Positions 33,873 through 35,335 of a DNA stretch of 35,335 bases are shown one piece after another. The position numbers and the translations under genes were made by a program. Position 1 is the stretch's first letter; every line of letters begins with the position of its first letter. Source of the stretch: Candidatus Bilamarchaeaceae archaeon (lineage in GTDB: Archaea; Micrarchaeota; Micrarchaeia; Anstonellales; Bilamarchaeaceae); NCBI GenBank assembly GCA_035289085.1, contig DATDYG010000019.1, forward strand, positions 1 to 35,335, given 5' to 3'. The notes under the pieces were generated by a model that ran no database searches, was not told the DNA's origin, and saw nothing but the letters and a program-made list of their open reading frames with translations.

Positions 33873-35324
33873 TCAAAGATTCGGTATCCGTCCTCTCCTG
33901 CGCCCTCTTCCATGTCTCGTTCGCCGTGGTTTGGCTTCTGCTGGTTTCTTCTCCCGTGTTTTTTCTGCTGCTTCTTCTGTTATCACTTCCTCCACCTTCT
34001 TGGGCGCTTTCAACAGCCCTCGTCCTGCGTAAATTGCCTGCAGGGAATCCGACAGCATCAATCCGTCCAATCGCTGATCTTCTTTCGCAAGCTGGTCAAG
34101 CAGTTGCATCTCCTTTCCTTCGGCTACGTTTTCCTTGAACCAGTCCTGCGCCATCCTGCCTGCAGCCTGATAGATGGAATGGATGAGCCAGGGGATTGTT
34201 TTCCCGGTAATCACCGGTGAAGGCGGCCGTGCCCTTCCCAGCGTTGCTTCCCGGAGTTCCTGCAGACTTTTAAATCTGAATCGCAGGCGCGGAACCGTCT
34301 CTGGCCCTATCTCCGTGGCGAGATGCTGCGTGCCGTAGCCGACCGTTCGCTTTAAGTAATAGAAGAATACCGGCGACAGGAGCAGCTGCATGTCCGGGTT
34401 GGCCCGGGCCATCGCATACGGAATACGGAAAGGTAGCTTGGCTCCCCACCGTCCTAATCGTACTACATCCGCCCCCAATCCTATTGCCGTTTCAAAAACC
34501 AGTGCGGTTTGTGCAAGCTCCGCACTTATCTGCGCGTGGCGCATAGCGGTCTGCTGGCCTTCTGCCGTTGTAATATCTGCTTTGGCCAGCTGCTGGGTAA
34601 GTCCTCTTTGCTCTTTCCATAACTCAATGAATCGTGCGACGGGTCGTGTTCCGTATAACCGCTCCAGCAGTCCGCGCGTCTTCTGGGCCTGTGCCATGGC
34701 TTTGGGGCCCAAACGGCCTGCCGCGCCAGCGGCCATCTGCGCCAGCCATCCGGCTTTTTGAACTACCCATGGGCCGGCTGCCCCATGCTCGGCTGCGGCC
34801 GCCCTGCTCATTGCCGTCTGGATGGCATCCCGGTCTGCCTGCAAAAAGGCGATCCTGGCTTCTACTTCTGCGGAGGGTTTGCCTGCATCCTGCAATCCCT
34901 TTAACTCTTTTTGCGCATCCCCTAGCCCCTCCAATACCGTCTTCATATTTGCTTCCAATGCTTCCCTTCCGGTTGCCTTGGCGCCCTCTTTCTCCGCGGC
35001 TTCGGCCGCTTCCTGCGCAAGGCGCTGTAAATGTTTTGGCGACATCTCGGCCATTACCTGCAGCTGGTATGCCTCCAGCACCTGCAATCGCGTTGCATCG
35101 TCCATTTTCGGGATATCATCGGTGAGCTGCTGCAGCATTTTTCTAAAGCGTTGCGGGGTGCTAAGGTATTTCCATATCTCTTCCGCGGCCGCCAGCTGTG
35201 CCCGGCGTAACCGGCTGCCTTCCCGGGCGTCGGTTGCCAACCGGTTTTTTATCTGTTTCCCGCTTTCCCACAATGCGGTCCGCGCATTTTTCAGCTCTTC
35301 CCCTTTCATTCCCCGCTTGCCCAT
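33873..35324 (-). CDS. orphan helical protein (at least 483 aa) with an Arg-rich C-terminal tail; may extend beyond the window
   Basis: Long ORF with no in-frame stop between the Met at 35324 and the window edge. The C-terminus reads KPRRTRHGRGRRRGRIPNL. No family was recognised. Confidence 0.6.
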   Translation of the reverse strand: MGKRGMKGEELKNARTALWESGKQIKNRLATDAREGSRLRRAQLAAAEEIWKYLSTPQRFRKMLQQLTDDIPKMDDATRLQVLEAYQLQVMAEMSPKHLQRLAQEAAEAAEKEGAKATGREALEANMKTVLEGLGDAQKELKGLQDAGKPSAEVEARIAFLQADRDAIQTAMSRAAAAEHGAAGPWVVQKAGWLAQMAAGAAGRLGPKAMAQAQKTRGLLERLYGTRPVARFIELWKEQRGLTQQLAKADITTAEGQQTAMRHAQISAELAQTALVFETAIGLGADVVRLGRWGAKLPFRIPYAMARANPDMQLLLSPVFFYYLKRTVGYGTQHLATEIGPETVPRLRFRFKSLQELREATLGRARPPSPVITGKTIPWLIHSIYQAAGRMAQDWFKENVAEGKEMQLLDQLAKEDQRLDGLMLSDSLQAIYAGRGLLKAPKKVEEVITEEAAEKTREKKPAEAKPRRTRHGRGRRRGRIPNL

Positions 35325-35335
35325 CTCGATGCTCA

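Noticed and set aside
1-35335. CRISPR arrays, IS elements or integrases, and rRNA or tRNA genes
   Set aside because: I saw no regularly spaced direct repeats, no transposase, integrase or reverse-transcriptase-like ORFs, and no rRNA- or tRNA-like sequence on either strand by eye. An Infernal or tRNAscan run would be the definitive check.

Overview
The window is a compact archaeal chromosomal segment. Archaeal hallmarks are proteasome alpha subunit, archaeal-type UMP kinase, ATP-dependent DNA ligase, XPD helicase, RFC large subunit, NMD3-like protein, aTrm56 and a DUF2070-type membrane protein. Many genes have an A/T-rich TATA box (TTTAAATA-like) centred about 25-27 nt upstream of the start codon, which implies leaderless mRNAs. 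Internal operon genes instead carry AGGTGA-type Shine-Dalgarno sites or overlapping ATGA/GTGA junctions. I call about 41 CDS and recognised no rRNA, tRNA, CRISPR array, transposase or integrase. The lineage cannot be fixed from sequence alone. Three accessory parts stand out. (1) Three tandem FliA-type sigma-70 family genes (13853-17154, minus strand) each sit behind their own archaeal-style TATA box, and two of these promoters share an identical 13-nt core at identical spacing. They are wedged between DNA ligase and an Mrp/DUF59 operon. Sigma factors have no known role in archaeal transcription. (2) A minus-strand cluster of orphan genes (29139-35335) includes a secreted M23 metallopeptidase. 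Its members have Lys/Arg-rich termini and share a peptide motif G[LV]E[TI][FL]G[ED]F, present four times and differing only at synonymous positions between two copies. One copy lies in an unannotated 48-aa ORF that is in frame with the next 725-aa gene across a single TAA. (3) A visibly AT-rich island (8084-11078) holds two divergently arranged AbiE-like nucleotidyltransferase modules. All family assignments come from motifs read by eye, and no database search was run.
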